Of a DNA stretch of 64,000 nucleotides, positions 44,566 through 53,882 are shown piece after piece. Made by a program: the position numbers and the translations under genes. The notes beneath the pieces were generated by a model. That model was not told the DNA's origin. It saw only the letters and a list, made by a program, of their open reading frames with translations, and did no database searches. Origin of the DNA: Candidatus Nanohaloarchaea archaeon (GTDB lineage: Archaea; Nanohalarchaeota; Nanosalinia; Nanosalinales; Nanosalinaceae); contig JACOQA010000001.1 of the NCBI GenBank assembly GCA_014297435.1, positions 1 to 64,000 on the forward strand, read 5' to 3'. The stretch's first letter is position 1. Each line of letters starts with the position of its first letter.

Positions 44566-44906
44566 AGAGCTCTTTCCGCGTCCTTAAACCTTTCCTTAAA
44601 TAATCCTTTGTCTCTTGATGTCTTAATAATCTCTCTTATCTCGGATCCAAATTTTTTGTTTTTTGCTGCATTCGATACCGCATCATCCAATATTAAGTTG
44701 ATTTGTGGATCTGATTTCAGTTTTTTCACAATTTCGGAGTCGGATCGTTTGCCTTTCAAGTACTGTGAAACCGCGGGCTGTGTCACGTCAAGCTTGGCGG
44801 CCACTTCTTCCTGTGTGTATCCATAGTCTTTCTGGAGTCTGTCGGCTATGATCTTCCGTATTGCGGGAAGAATATCCTCTGACACGATTTCCGACTCGAA
44901 CCTCAT
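44562..44906 (-). CDS. XRE-type HTH transcriptional regulator
   Basis: 'ILPAIRKIIA..GYTQEEVAAKLDVTQPAVSQYLKGKR'. Confidence 0.88.
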   Translation of the reverse strand: MRFESEIVSEDILPAIRKIIADRLQKDYGYTQEEVAAKLDVTQPAVSQYLKGKRSDSEIVKKLKSDPQINLILDDAVSNAAKNKKFGSEIREIIKTSRDKGLFKERFKDAERAL

Positions 44907-44999
44907 AGAAAATATAACGGCGTGATAATCTATTAATACTTCTTCCAAAAGAAACATCTCGACAAAATGAGAGATAGAAAAGAGAAGAAGGAAGGGTTG

Positions 45000-45341
45000 T
45001 TATTCGTCAGCCTGGTTGACTTCGCGGGACAGATGTTCAATATCTGAAGCCAGTGCATCAAGCTTTCTGGAGACTCTTTCCTTTTCCTTCATAATGTTCT
45101 CGACCTTCTCGTACTTTCTTGCAGCTCTATCAAGATCGTATTTCTCTACATAAGCTGCGTTCGTATCCATCATTTTTTCAATGATCTCGTCAGCGATCTC
45201 TCCTAGAAGCAGGTTTAGTCCGTAGTATACCTCGCTTCTTACATACTGACCGTCTTCAGCCTTTTCTCTTACCATCCTCTTTATCCTTGCGTGAGTGAAC
45301 GGGAGGTCCGAAACTTCAACATCTTCAGGTACGTTTACCAT
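45000..45341 (-). CDS. Histone-fold protein with C-terminal coiled-coil helix
   Basis: 'LPFTHARIKRMVR' (alpha1), long alpha2, 'YVEKYDLDRA' (L2/alpha3), then a heptad-rich extension. Confidence 0.72.
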   Translation of the reverse strand: MVNVPEDVEVSDLPFTHARIKRMVREKAEDGQYVRSEVYYGLNLLLGEIADEIIEKMMDTNAAYVEKYDLDRAARKYEKVENIMKEKERVSRKLDALASDIEHLSREVNQADE

Positions 45342-45422
45342 GTTATCACACCCAAAAATTCGCCCTAGAGGCTTTTAAGGGTTTCCGAAACCCGTTTATT
45401 TCAGGCTTCCGCATAAGTCTCT

Positions 45423-46019
45423 ATGGAGTTTGAATGTACTGAAAAAGAGTTCAGAGTGTTCGAGAGCCTTGTAGAGGAGGGGTTTAAAGGATCCTTTCCT
45501 TACTTCCTTGAACTGGTTTTACTGGGTCTGAAGCCTGCAACAGTTCCTACAGCTTATGAAGAGATTGAGTTTACTGAAAACCAAATCCTGGAGATGGGTC
45601 TAGAAATCCGAGTTGTTGAACTTGACTTTGTAGATACCGAAGATTTGCCTGATTATGCCAAGAAGCCGGGAAAAATGTTCTTCGTTGGACGTAAAGAGGA
45701 TTTGAAGGATCTCAAAAACTCGTACGAGGAGAGGAAAGAGTATCGAAAAGACTTTGGAATAGTTATGGGCTATCCTCGAGAGGATGTTGAATGGTTCGTC
45801 AGACGGGAAGAAGTAGCTTATGAGAAGGCTAGATCCGAAATCAAAAACCTGGAAGAGTTACTTGCATTCGTAGGTTACGTACCTAAACCAGAGAAAGAGA
45901 GGATAGAGAACGCGAGAAACGCGATGGAGGAATACAAGAAGGCGATCAGGGAAGCTGATAGAAGGTTTGGCTCAACTGTTGGCGGAGAACTACTAGGCTG
46001 TCTGAGAGAGAACCAATAA
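45423..46019 (+). CDS. Hypothetical protein (DUF483-like motifs)
   Basis: 'VLLGLKPA', 'FGIVMGYP..VEWF'. Confidence 0.6.
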   Translation: MEFECTEKEFRVFESLVEEGFKGSFPYFLELVLLGLKPATVPTAYEEIEFTENQILEMGLEIRVVELDFVDTEDLPDYAKKPGKMFFVGRKEDLKDLKNSYEERKEYRKDFGIVMGYPREDVEWFVRREEVAYEKARSEIKNLEELLAFVGYVPKPEKERIENARNAMEEYKKAIREADRRFGSTVGGELLGCLRENQ

Positions 46020-46050
46020 CTATAAACCTCGGAACACCACAACAACCGAT

Positions 46051-46269
46051 ATGGTAGAACTTGCAACCATCGACTTAACCTTAAGCATTCTCCTGAAGAC
46101 TATAACGATAGCCTTGCTTGTGATGTTCCTAGTACTTCTCAAGAACCTAGATGAGGCTGTTCAAGGACTTGAACGTTCTATAGAGTCGATGGAGCGCTCG
46201 GCAGAAACGGTTGAAGACATAATCGCTATCGCACGACACATCCCGTTCGTAGGTGGTAAACGTGACTAA
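46051..46269 (+). CDS. Small membrane-anchored coiled-coil protein
   Basis: One TM segment followed by a heptad pattern. Confidence 0.65.
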   Translation: MVELATIDLTLSILLKTITIALLVMFLVLLKNLDEAVQGLERSIESMERSAETVEDIIAIARHIPFVGGKRD

Positions 46270-46501
46270 CGACTTCCTAGAAGCAGCAAAGAACTCGAGC
46301 GACGAATCCTCTGAAGAAAGGTATGAGAAGGCGAAGAAGAAAGAGGCTGGAACTGACAGGAACATGGCTGAGAAACGTTACGAAGAGCTGAAGGAAGAAG
46401 CCAAAGAAGAGATGATGGAGCAGGAACACAATCAGGAGAAAGAAGAGGTAGAGGAAAAAGACAAAGAGGACGAAGAGGACGAAAGCTTCGTCACTTACTA
46501 A
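46262..46501 (+). CDS. Small, highly charged hypothetical protein
   Basis: E/K-rich ORF with an internal 'E(E/K)RYE' duplication; probable GTG start overlapping the upstream gene. Confidence 0.6.
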   Translation: MTNDFLEAAKNSSDESSEERYEKAKKKEAGTDRNMAEKRYEELKEEAKEEMMEQEHNQEKEEVEEKDKEDEEDESFVTY

Positions 46502-46533
46502 GCTTTTAATTCGGAGTTACGAACCTATTTTTT

Positions 46534-47706
46534 ATGGAGCTGGACAGGGTACCTGAAGTAGCAAAATATCTATCCTTAGTTTTCCTGTTCGGCTGGATAG
46601 GAAGAAGCACGGTCTGGAACTTTCTACCGGTATTCTTCAAAACACATATCGAAAGCGTTTTTCTTATAGGCATAATAACTTCTATACCGCCGATAATAAC
46701 AGTTTTATTCGATATACCTGCAGGCAACTTGGTTCAGAGAGCAGGCGAGAAAATAGTAGTTTTAATGGGTTTGATAGCAGCAATATTCCCAGCATTTCTT
46801 TACATAACAGCTGCTCCAGTACTACTTCTGCTTGGAAAAGTGTTTGAAGGCTTTACGAAAGTCCTAGTTTGGAACGGTAGCTGGAGCCTAACACTAAAGC
46901 AATCAGATGACGACGTTGAGTCAGAAACTGTCTCAGTCGTTTTACTTGGCGCAAACCTTGGAGCGGTACTCGGACCTATCTTAGGAGGATACCTAATCGC
47001 CTCCGAAGGATTTAGTATAACATTCTACATATGGGCTTTCACCTCAGCTGTTGCGGTACTTGTTTTCTACAGCTACATAGGCGCATCAGCCAAAAAACTC
47101 AGGAGCTCGGTCGAAAAACTGGGGCACAGAAAAACTTACTTCGATGACTGGCATCACTTGAGAAACAACTGGAAAGAGTTGAGGTTTGCATTCGGACTTA
47201 CATTCCTCTACTCGATTATTTTCTCGTTTTACTGGCTGGCTGTACCTCTCTTACTAGACAAGATGGGGGCAGGATTCGAACAGATGGGCATAATCTTCGG
47301 TGTGGCGGCTTTACCTAAAGTATTCCAGTTCGTCTTTGGAGGTATCGCCGACCGTTACGGAAAGCTGGAAACTATTTCAGTACTTTCACTCGTGCTTTCA
47401 CTGACATTGGTTGGTGTTTTCTATGTCCAGAGTTTGATAGCGATTGGCGTTCTCTTCTTTGTAGCAAGAACGTTTTCTTCAGGGATGTCGCCACCGGTAC
47501 ACGCATTTTATGATTCGAAAGTACCTGACGATATAGAAGGAGAGATGACAGGTTTCTTCGAGATGTTCAAACACCTTGGACAGATGCTTGGTCCATTTCT
47601 GGCTGGAACAATCGCATCAATATGGAGCGTCAACGCATCCTTCCTAGCAGCCGCAGTTGTTTCTCTTCTCATAGGAGGTCTTTCACTGGTAGCCAGGAGA
47701 TATTAG
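46534..47706 (+). CDS. MFS transporter
   Basis: 12 TM segments; motif A-like 'GNLVQRAGEK' and 'GGIADRYGK'. Confidence 0.9.
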   Translation: MELDRVPEVAKYLSLVFLFGWIGRSTVWNFLPVFFKTHIESVFLIGIITSIPPIITVLFDIPAGNLVQRAGEKIVVLMGLIAAIFPAFLYITAAPVLLLLGKVFEGFTKVLVWNGSWSLTLKQSDDDVESETVSVVLLGANLGAVLGPILGGYLIASEGFSITFYIWAFTSAVAVLVFYSYIGASAKKLRSSVEKLGHRKTYFDDWHHLRNNWKELRFAFGLTFLYSIIFSFYWLAVPLLLDKMGAGFEQMGIIFGVAALPKVFQFVFGGIADRYGKLETISVLSLVLSLTLVGVFYVQSLIAIGVLFFVARTFSSGMSPPVHAFYDSKVPDDIEGEMTGFFEMFKHLGQMLGPFLAGTIASIWSVNASFLAAAVVSLLIGGLSLVARRY

Positions 47707-48434
47707 ATCTTACCTATCTCTGGGAATTTGAATATTCCGGCTTCTCTCGACACCGCAACGGCTTTCAACTTATTTTTGTTTACATGATCTCTCATGATAG
47801 GGGAAAGAAGCTGCGATTGCGGTGTTTCATTCACATTTGTTCCGTTGGAGATGCTGGAAAAAGCAGGTAGAACTAGAATCCGTTTATCTTCCATATCGCC
47901 GTAAAGAAAACAGGCTACTTTTTCTCTAATACCTATCTCGTCTTCCAGAGCAAGCGCAGGGTGTTCGTGGCCGATAACCACCGTCTCGAAGCTTTCAGCT
48001 TCCAGTTCTTCGAGTTCCAGATGACCATGTGTAAAGAGAATGTCGTCTTCTAGATGGTATTCCTGGAGCTCAAGACCGTAGTCCTCTACTGTTTCTTCAA
48101 GGAAAGTGTCGTGGTTTCCTTCGATAAGTATTATCTCCTCGAACTCTCTGTCAAGAAAACCGAGAAAGTTCTCTATCTCATCTGTCTCCGAGTAACGTGT
48201 CTTGAACTCGTTTTTCAGGTCGCCGTTAACGATTATTCTCGATGCGTCTGTCTCTTCCTTCATCTTCTCTATATCCTTTAACAGTTTCTCAAGCTGATGC
48301 TTCGGCACGTAGTTGCCGTCAAAGGTCATCGATCCCTCAAGACCTAAGTGGAGATCTGATATCACTATAAGTTCCAGTTCGGGATGGTAAAGCCCGGGTA
48401 TGCTGTCAACTGTTTGGAACCCTTCGATCTCCAT
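47703..48434 (-). CDS. Metallophosphoesterase (Lhr-associated type)
   Basis: 'SDLHLG', 'NGD', 'GNHD', 'HGH', 'GHEHP', 'LPAFS'. Confidence 0.9.
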   Translation of the reverse strand: MEIEGFQTVDSIPGLYHPELELIVISDLHLGLEGSMTFDGNYVPKHQLEKLLKDIEKMKEETDASRIIVNGDLKNEFKTRYSETDEIENFLGFLDREFEEIILIEGNHDTFLEETVEDYGLELQEYHLEDDILFTHGHLELEELEAESFETVVIGHEHPALALEDEIGIREKVACFLYGDMEDKRILVLPAFSSISNGTNVNETPQSQLLSPIMRDHVNKNKLKAVAVSREAGIFKFPEIGKI

Positions 48435-48461
48435 AAAATCGTTTTTCTGTAAGTCACCTTT

Positions 48462-49319
48462 TTACCGGTTGACTGCACTCCAGAGATCGAGAAATGATTC
48501 GAAGAAATCGTCCTGTGTTGACTTCAGAAGATAGCTGGCGCCGTATTTGTCAGAAAGCTCTTCGATATTGTCAGTATGTTCGTTCAACTGTCTCTTGTAT
48601 TTTTTCTTCGTTCTCTTGGATAGAAAAGTTCTTAGTTTTGAGGATGATTCAGGATCCTTGAGTATCTTGTCGCCCTTCATCTCTGGATCCATTTCTTCCT
48701 CGTCAAGAACGTTTACAAGTATAGTTTCCGAGCCCTTCAAGCGTTCGAGAGCGGATTCAATCTCGTCCAAGTCGGTTAAGAAATCTGATATTATGATCAC
48801 GACTGATTTGTTTTCAATTCTGTTGCTGTACTCTGTTACGCAACGCTCTACCCTTGATTCCGGAGTCTTCCTCAGCTCGTTTAACGTTTCGACAAGATCT
48901 CCTAGGTTGGCGTTCCTTCTTGCGCTTGAGATGTCTGTAACTGTCTCTGAAAATACGGAGAAGCGGAAGCGATCGTTCGTGTTTGAAACCATGTAAGCCA
49001 TAGCCAGTCCAAGCTTAGAGGCAAAGTCATACTTGTTCACCTCTCCATAATCCATGGAGCTTGAACGATCGACAAGTATGTGGACTGTTACGCTTTTCTC
49101 TTCCTCGAAACGTTTAATGAAGAGCTCGTCTGTTCGTGCGTATGCTTTCCAGTCAACTTTTCTGATGTCATCCCCGGCAACGTATTTCTTGTGATCTTCG
49201 AAGATCATTCCATGCCCTGTGCTGGATGAGGACTGTTCTCCTTCCTGTATCTCTGTCGAGTTCTTCTTTAAGGCTAGGTTGAACCTGTCGAGCTCCTCTA
49301 TAAAGTCTGCCTCTATCAT
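48462..49319 (-). CDS. DUF58 family vWA-like protein (MoxR partner)
   Basis: 'GDDIRKVDWKAYART', 'LVDRSSSM', 'IISDF'. Confidence 0.92.
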   Translation of the reverse strand: MIEADFIEELDRFNLALKKNSTEIQEGEQSSSSTGHGMIFEDHKKYVAGDDIRKVDWKAYARTDELFIKRFEEEKSVTVHILVDRSSSMDYGEVNKYDFASKLGLAMAYMVSNTNDRFRFSVFSETVTDISSARRNANLGDLVETLNELRKTPESRVERCVTEYSNRIENKSVVIIISDFLTDLDEIESALERLKGSETILVNVLDEEEMDPEMKGDKILKDPESSSKLRTFLSKRTKKKYKRQLNEHTDNIEELSDKYGASYLLKSTQDDFFESFLDLWSAVNR

Positions 49320-49324
49320 AAGGT

Positions 49325-50293
49325 TTAGACTTCCTCTATTATCTCCTCAATAACGTCGTCGGCGTTTTTGCCTTCTTTCTCCGCCTTGAAGTTCAAACCT
49401 ACTCTGTGCCTTAGAACCGGTTTAGCCATCGAGTTAATATCTTCAGCAGACACATAACTTCTTCCTTCGAGTAAGGCCTTCCCTTTGCCACCAAGCACAA
49501 GATTGATCGAAGCCCTTGGTGAGGCGCCGTAGTTAAGGTCTTCGTGCGCACGGGTTGCTGACACAAGCGCCACAGCTCTCTCACGGATATCATCGGCGAT
49601 CGGAACCTGCCTCACGAACTCCTGGAGTTTGATTAGCGAGGGTTGAGAAAGAACCTGTTCAAGCTTCGGATCGTAGTCAAGTTCGGATGAGAAACGCTTA
49701 ACGATCTTCTCCTCGTTCTGTTCTTCAGGATAGTCAAGAGAAAGCTTCATCATGAAACGATCCTTCTGTGCCTCTGGAAGAGGATAAGTTCCCTCCTGAT
49801 CGATAGGGTTCTGCGTGGCTATAAGGAAGAAAGGCTTCTCAAGTTCGTAGCTTTTGTTGCCGGATGTAACCTGTTTCTCTTGCATAGCCTCCAGTAGTGC
49901 GGACTGCGTCTTAGGCGTTGCACGGTTGATCTCGTCCGCAAGGATCATGTTGGCGAAAATCGGACCTTTCTGGAACACGAACTCCTTTTCACCTTTCTCG
50001 TTCTCGTTAATTATGTCGGTACCTGTGATATCGGAAGGCATTAGATCCGGTGTGTTCTGAATTCTTGAGAAGCTGAGCCCTAGAACTTCGGATAAGGTTG
50101 AAACCATTTTTGTCTTGCCAAGTCCTGGATTTGATTCTAGTAGGACGTTACCGTCACATATTATTGATATCAGTACGTTTTCGATTATTTCTTCCTGTCC
50201 GACCATTACTTTGCCGGTCTCGTTCATTACTTCTTGGAGCTTTTCGCTTGCCTTCTCATACTTGGTGGCTTCATCCTGCGACTTGAGCTTCAT
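49325..50293 (-). CDS. moxR: MoxR family AAA+ ATPase
   Basis: 'PGLGKT', 'RIQNTPDLMPSDITG', 'DEINRATPKTQSALLEAMQE', 'ATQNPIDQEGTYPLPEAQ'. Confidence 0.95.
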   Translation of the reverse strand: MKLKSQDEATKYEKASEKLQEVMNETGKVMVGQEEIIENVLISIICDGNVLLESNPGLGKTKMVSTLSEVLGLSFSRIQNTPDLMPSDITGTDIINENEKGEKEFVFQKGPIFANMILADEINRATPKTQSALLEAMQEKQVTSGNKSYELEKPFFLIATQNPIDQEGTYPLPEAQKDRFMMKLSLDYPEEQNEEKIVKRFSSELDYDPKLEQVLSQPSLIKLQEFVRQVPIADDIRERAVALVSATRAHEDLNYGASPRASINLVLGGKGKALLEGRSYVSAEDINSMAKPVLRHRVGLNFKAEKEGKNADDVIEEIIEEV

Positions 50294-50332
50294 GATATAT
50301 CGTTTGAAACGGTATCGTTTAAATCGATTGAT

Positions 50333-51091
50333 TTAGTCGAGGGACTTTATCTCCAGGCTGTACTGCTTCGCCAACTCGAGATCTTCCGAAAGCTCCGGTC
50401 CGGTAGAGTCTAGCCTTGCAGGTCTGGAAACAGGATTAGCAGAAAGATCGGAACTCTCTGGGTTCCCTGTACCCTCTATAGAATAATTTACGAGCTTTCC
50501 TGAAAGCTTGATATCTCTACTTCCCTCAATATTCGATGCGTTCTGCACTTGGAACCTTTGTTCTCTTTCCTTTTCTTGGTTGAGAACGTCATCAATAGGT
50601 CCTAGATCGTTGATTAACTCCCCGCTGTCATCCAGTACTTGGAAGTTGGCGATCCCGGATATAACGGTTATGAAGCTGAGGGCGCCGACAGCCAGAATCT
50701 TCTGGATAATTCTCTTACTCGGGACAATACTTTCAGAGGTAACGGAACGAGACCTATCCATTAACTCGTCAAAAAGAGCTTGTGAAACAATATTTCGACT
50801 ATTAAGGTTATCTCTTGCAGTTCTGAGAATTTCTCTTAGCTCCGGGTTTTTCTGCTCGTATATCTCAAGAGTATAGTTTTTAGACCTATAGTAGAAGTCA
50901 GCTCCGAAGAAAGCAAGAGATGAAAGCGCTATAACTGCCTTGTTGTCCACGCTTCCTACAAGGCTGAAGTCGAGCAAGAAGAGAACTATGTTAGCTGATA
51001 GGAAGAATAAGATAGAGTCTAGACACGCCTGCATCAGGTTTACTTTCAGAAACTCTCTCTTCAACCGCTTGAGGAGTTTTTCAACTCGCAT
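50333..51091 (-). CDS. Membrane protein of the MoxR/vWA cluster
   Basis: 3 TM segments; 'YEQKNPELREILRTARD'. Confidence 0.75.
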   Translation of the reverse strand: MRVEKLLKRLKREFLKVNLMQACLDSILFFLSANIVLFLLDFSLVGSVDNKAVIALSSLAFFGADFYYRSKNYTLEIYEQKNPELREILRTARDNLNSRNIVSQALFDELMDRSRSVTSESIVPSKRIIQKILAVGALSFITVISGIANFQVLDDSGELINDLGPIDDVLNQEKEREQRFQVQNASNIEGSRDIKLSGKLVNYSIEGTGNPESSDLSANPVSRPARLDSTGPELSEDLELAKQYSLEIKSLD

Positions 51092-51093
51092 TT

Positions 51094-51582
51094 TCAGTCC
51101 ACTTCATGACCCCAGTTCTCACATTCATCTTCTGAGGAGTCAGTAAGGTTTTCCTCGGGAGCGTCCTCACATACCTCACCCAGGCTTTCATTAATCGAAG
51201 AAGCTGTTATCTCCAGATCCGTCAGGTTTTCCTCCAGATTCGAGACCTCTGTCTCAAGATCGGACTTATCCGATTCCAGATCTGAAACCTCCGATTCAAG
51301 CTCGCCTACCCGTGAACGCAAGTTCTTAGTTTCAGATACGTATGTGTTTACATCCTCCCTTTTCTCGGAAAGCTCTTCTGTAAGATTCTGGTTCTCAGCT
51401 CTCAACTGGTTAACTTCACTTTTCTTTTCCTCTAATTGTTGATCAAGTCCCTGTTTCTCCGAGAGTATATCGCTTAACTGTCCCTGCCACAGAACTGATA
51501 GTCCTGCAAGCAAAGCAAGTATTAGTACTGTTGACGCAACTAGAAACGGGTTCAATCTTCTTTTTAGCATTGTGTCGCTCAT
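51094..51582 (-). CDS. Membrane-anchored coiled-coil protein
   Basis: N-terminal TM and long heptad repeats (LESEVSDLESDKSDLETEVS). Confidence 0.75.
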   Translation of the reverse strand: MSDTMLKRRLNPFLVASTVLILALLAGLSVLWQGQLSDILSEKQGLDQQLEEKKSEVNQLRAENQNLTEELSEKREDVNTYVSETKNLRSRVGELESEVSDLESDKSDLETEVSNLEENLTDLEITASSINESLGEVCEDAPEENLTDSSEDECENWGHEVD

Positions 51583-53882
51583 TTTCTACCACTTCTCTTT
51601 CTGTAACCAACTTCGGAAAGGAAGACTAATAGAGCCGCGATAATGAAGTAGTCGCCAAGGTTCTTCTGTTTCTGTACCTTTCTGTCCGAGAAGCTCTTCA
51701 AGTCCTCCACTATAGATTGTTTCTCGTCGGGCGTATAAACGTTTCCTCCGGTGTTCTGAACCACATCCAAGTTATCCTTGTTTAGACCAACCTGCTTTAT
51801 CTCAGGATTATAGCTGTAAGCATAGACTTTTTCCTGGAAACTGTGGAATCCTGTTGTTTCGGGTTCGACCTCTGCCGAGTAAAGATCTTCGCCCTGTCTC
51901 TTCAATCCATCAACATCGTAAGATGCCTCAATTCTTACTTTTTCGTCGTTATAGCCGTCCTGAACTCTTATCCATTTTTCCTGCTTTCTCTGTGGCTGTC
52001 CTACAGCCCAGCTAACTGATCTGGTCGCCATCAAGGGGTCAGAGTTGAGTATTCTTGAGAGGTCCTTGTCTCCTGCGGAGAAAGCCGCGACACGACCCAA
52101 CCCATATCTCCAGGAGGTTAAAACAGGGCTTCCTGAACTAGATGTTGCGAGAAGGTCTGCACCACTCTTAGGCTTAACAGGATCAAAACCGGTAATCACT
52201 CCATTAGGGTTCAATCCTTCCGTAATCATGTGATCTGGATCGGTTACAACGATGCTTTCAGCTTCTTTTGAAGCCCCACCAGCTTTGAAACGGGTTGTCA
52301 ACCTGTTGTTGTTTTCGGAGCTGAAAGGCATGTACTGGTCGCCGGAACGAGTCAAACTTCTCAAGAAGTCGTCGTTGGGGTTTCCGGTACCTATAATCAG
52401 GAGTCTTGAATCCAGACTGTCAACAGCCCTCCGTGTCTTTGCCGGAATGTTCTCGTTTATCTCCTTCGGACTCAACTCTCCAGGAGTTATCCAGATAATG
52501 TTTCCTTCTCCCTCCATAACCCGGTCAGCGTACTTGAGACCGTAGTGGTGAGGTGCCCATCCACGGATAGAGTAGTCAGATTCAAGCTGGCTCTTCAATT
52601 TAGACCTATGAGTGGAGTCGAGGGCTTTAGGACTGCTGAACTTAACTAGTTGAGGTCCATCAAAGTTCCCTTTGTAAGCTACCGCACCCACCTTGTTGTT
52701 TGAAGGAAGACCAACAGGAGGTCGGTGAATCAGCGAGTAGGCAATTCTCAGCGCCTTCTGTGTCGAGTTCTGTGTGCTTATAGAGCCAGAGAAATCGTTT
52801 TCTTCCCTATTTTGCAGGTACTGTGATCCACAGAACTCTTGATTTGTGCAGTCGGATGAGGTGTGTGATATGTCAAACACGATCATGATCTTGGAGCCTT
52901 TAGACTCCTTAGCCTCTTCCGAGTATCTTGCTGGAAGAACCGAGTTCTGTTCCTCATAGTTGCCTGTATAAACTAATCCGTTTCCTTCAGCTAGGTATCC
53001 GCTGATCTCAGACTCATCGAACTGCTTTTTTGCGATAACGGCATAGTATTCGTCCATGTTCTCCGGGAAGCTCGAACGGTACTCGAGACTGTAAAATTTA
53101 TCGAGTTCATCCGACATACTGCCCTCGTTCCCTAAAACCAGTATATTCGGTTTTTCAACCACTTCAACGGTCTTATAGAACACGTTGTTCGACCCAAATT
53201 CATCTTCCGAATCTATAGAAGCCTTAATCCTATGCGATCCTTTCTCATCAAAGCTCCTTGTAAAACTCCATGTGCTGTTGTCAGCTCTTTCCAGATCGGT
53301 CTTATCGCCGTCTACTAACACTTCGGGTTTTTGAGGCATAGTTGTTGAGCTCACTTCCACGGTAAAACTGTTTTCTGCTCCAGGAACGGTAGAGCTTGGA
53401 CCTTGAACTGAAACTGCGGATTCTTCCTCGGAATCGGTTTTCAAAAGGTTTAGACTGGCGTTCTTCCGTCTTATTTCCCTAGCTGTATTTTCTAGCGATG
53501 AAGAGGATTGGAGATCGCTGACTAGGAGGTAGGCCTGGTTTTCCTTGATATTCCGTGTCAGACCACTTTTTAGGTCCGAGTTGTTGCCTGATGCTATAAT
53601 TTTACGATTAACTTTTACGTTCTCTAGGCTTAGATTCTCTTCCTCCATAACCGACATAGAGGTTGAAGAGTCCTCTAAGATTGTTAGTTGTGGTTGCTTG
53701 GAGATCTCTTCTTCGCCTGTCACGAATGGTGAAGCTGCGGCAACTGCCAGTAGAATAACTGTTATAGCTTTCGTGACTCCGACTATCTTCTTGAATCGTT
53801 CTTCTGCTTTAATTGTTGTAAAAAGCGCCGGCAGGGCTAATAGGCTTAAAGCAAGGAGTAACGGGTTTTGAATTCCTACCAT
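51579..53882 (-). CDS. vWA-domain membrane protein with GATase-like domain
   Basis: N-terminal TMs, 'LEDSSTSM', 'LLVSD', second degenerate vWA 'VFDISHTS', 'WRYGLGRVAAF', C-terminal TM. Confidence 0.82.
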   Translation of the reverse strand: MVGIQNPLLLALSLLALPALFTTIKAEERFKKIVGVTKAITVILLAVAAASPFVTGEEEISKQPQLTILEDSSTSMSVMEEENLSLENVKVNRKIIASGNNSDLKSGLTRNIKENQAYLLVSDLQSSSSLENTAREIRRKNASLNLLKTDSEEESAVSVQGPSSTVPGAENSFTVEVSSTTMPQKPEVLVDGDKTDLERADNSTWSFTRSFDEKGSHRIKASIDSEDEFGSNNVFYKTVEVVEKPNILVLGNEGSMSDELDKFYSLEYRSSFPENMDEYYAVIAKKQFDESEISGYLAEGNGLVYTGNYEEQNSVLPARYSEEAKESKGSKIMIVFDISHTSSDCTNQEFCGSQYLQNREENDFSGSISTQNSTQKALRIAYSLIHRPPVGLPSNNKVGAVAYKGNFDGPQLVKFSSPKALDSTHRSKLKSQLESDYSIRGWAPHHYGLKYADRVMEGEGNIIWITPGELSPKEINENIPAKTRRAVDSLDSRLLIIGTGNPNDDFLRSLTRSGDQYMPFSSENNNRLTTRFKAGGASKEAESIVVTDPDHMITEGLNPNGVITGFDPVKPKSGADLLATSSSGSPVLTSWRYGLGRVAAFSAGDKDLSRILNSDPLMATRSVSWAVGQPQRKQEKWIRVQDGYNDEKVRIEASYDVDGLKRQGEDLYSAEVEPETTGFHSFQEKVYAYSYNPEIKQVGLNKDNLDVVQNTGGNVYTPDEKQSIVEDLKSFSDRKVQKQKNLGDYFIIAALLVFLSEVGYRKRSGRK

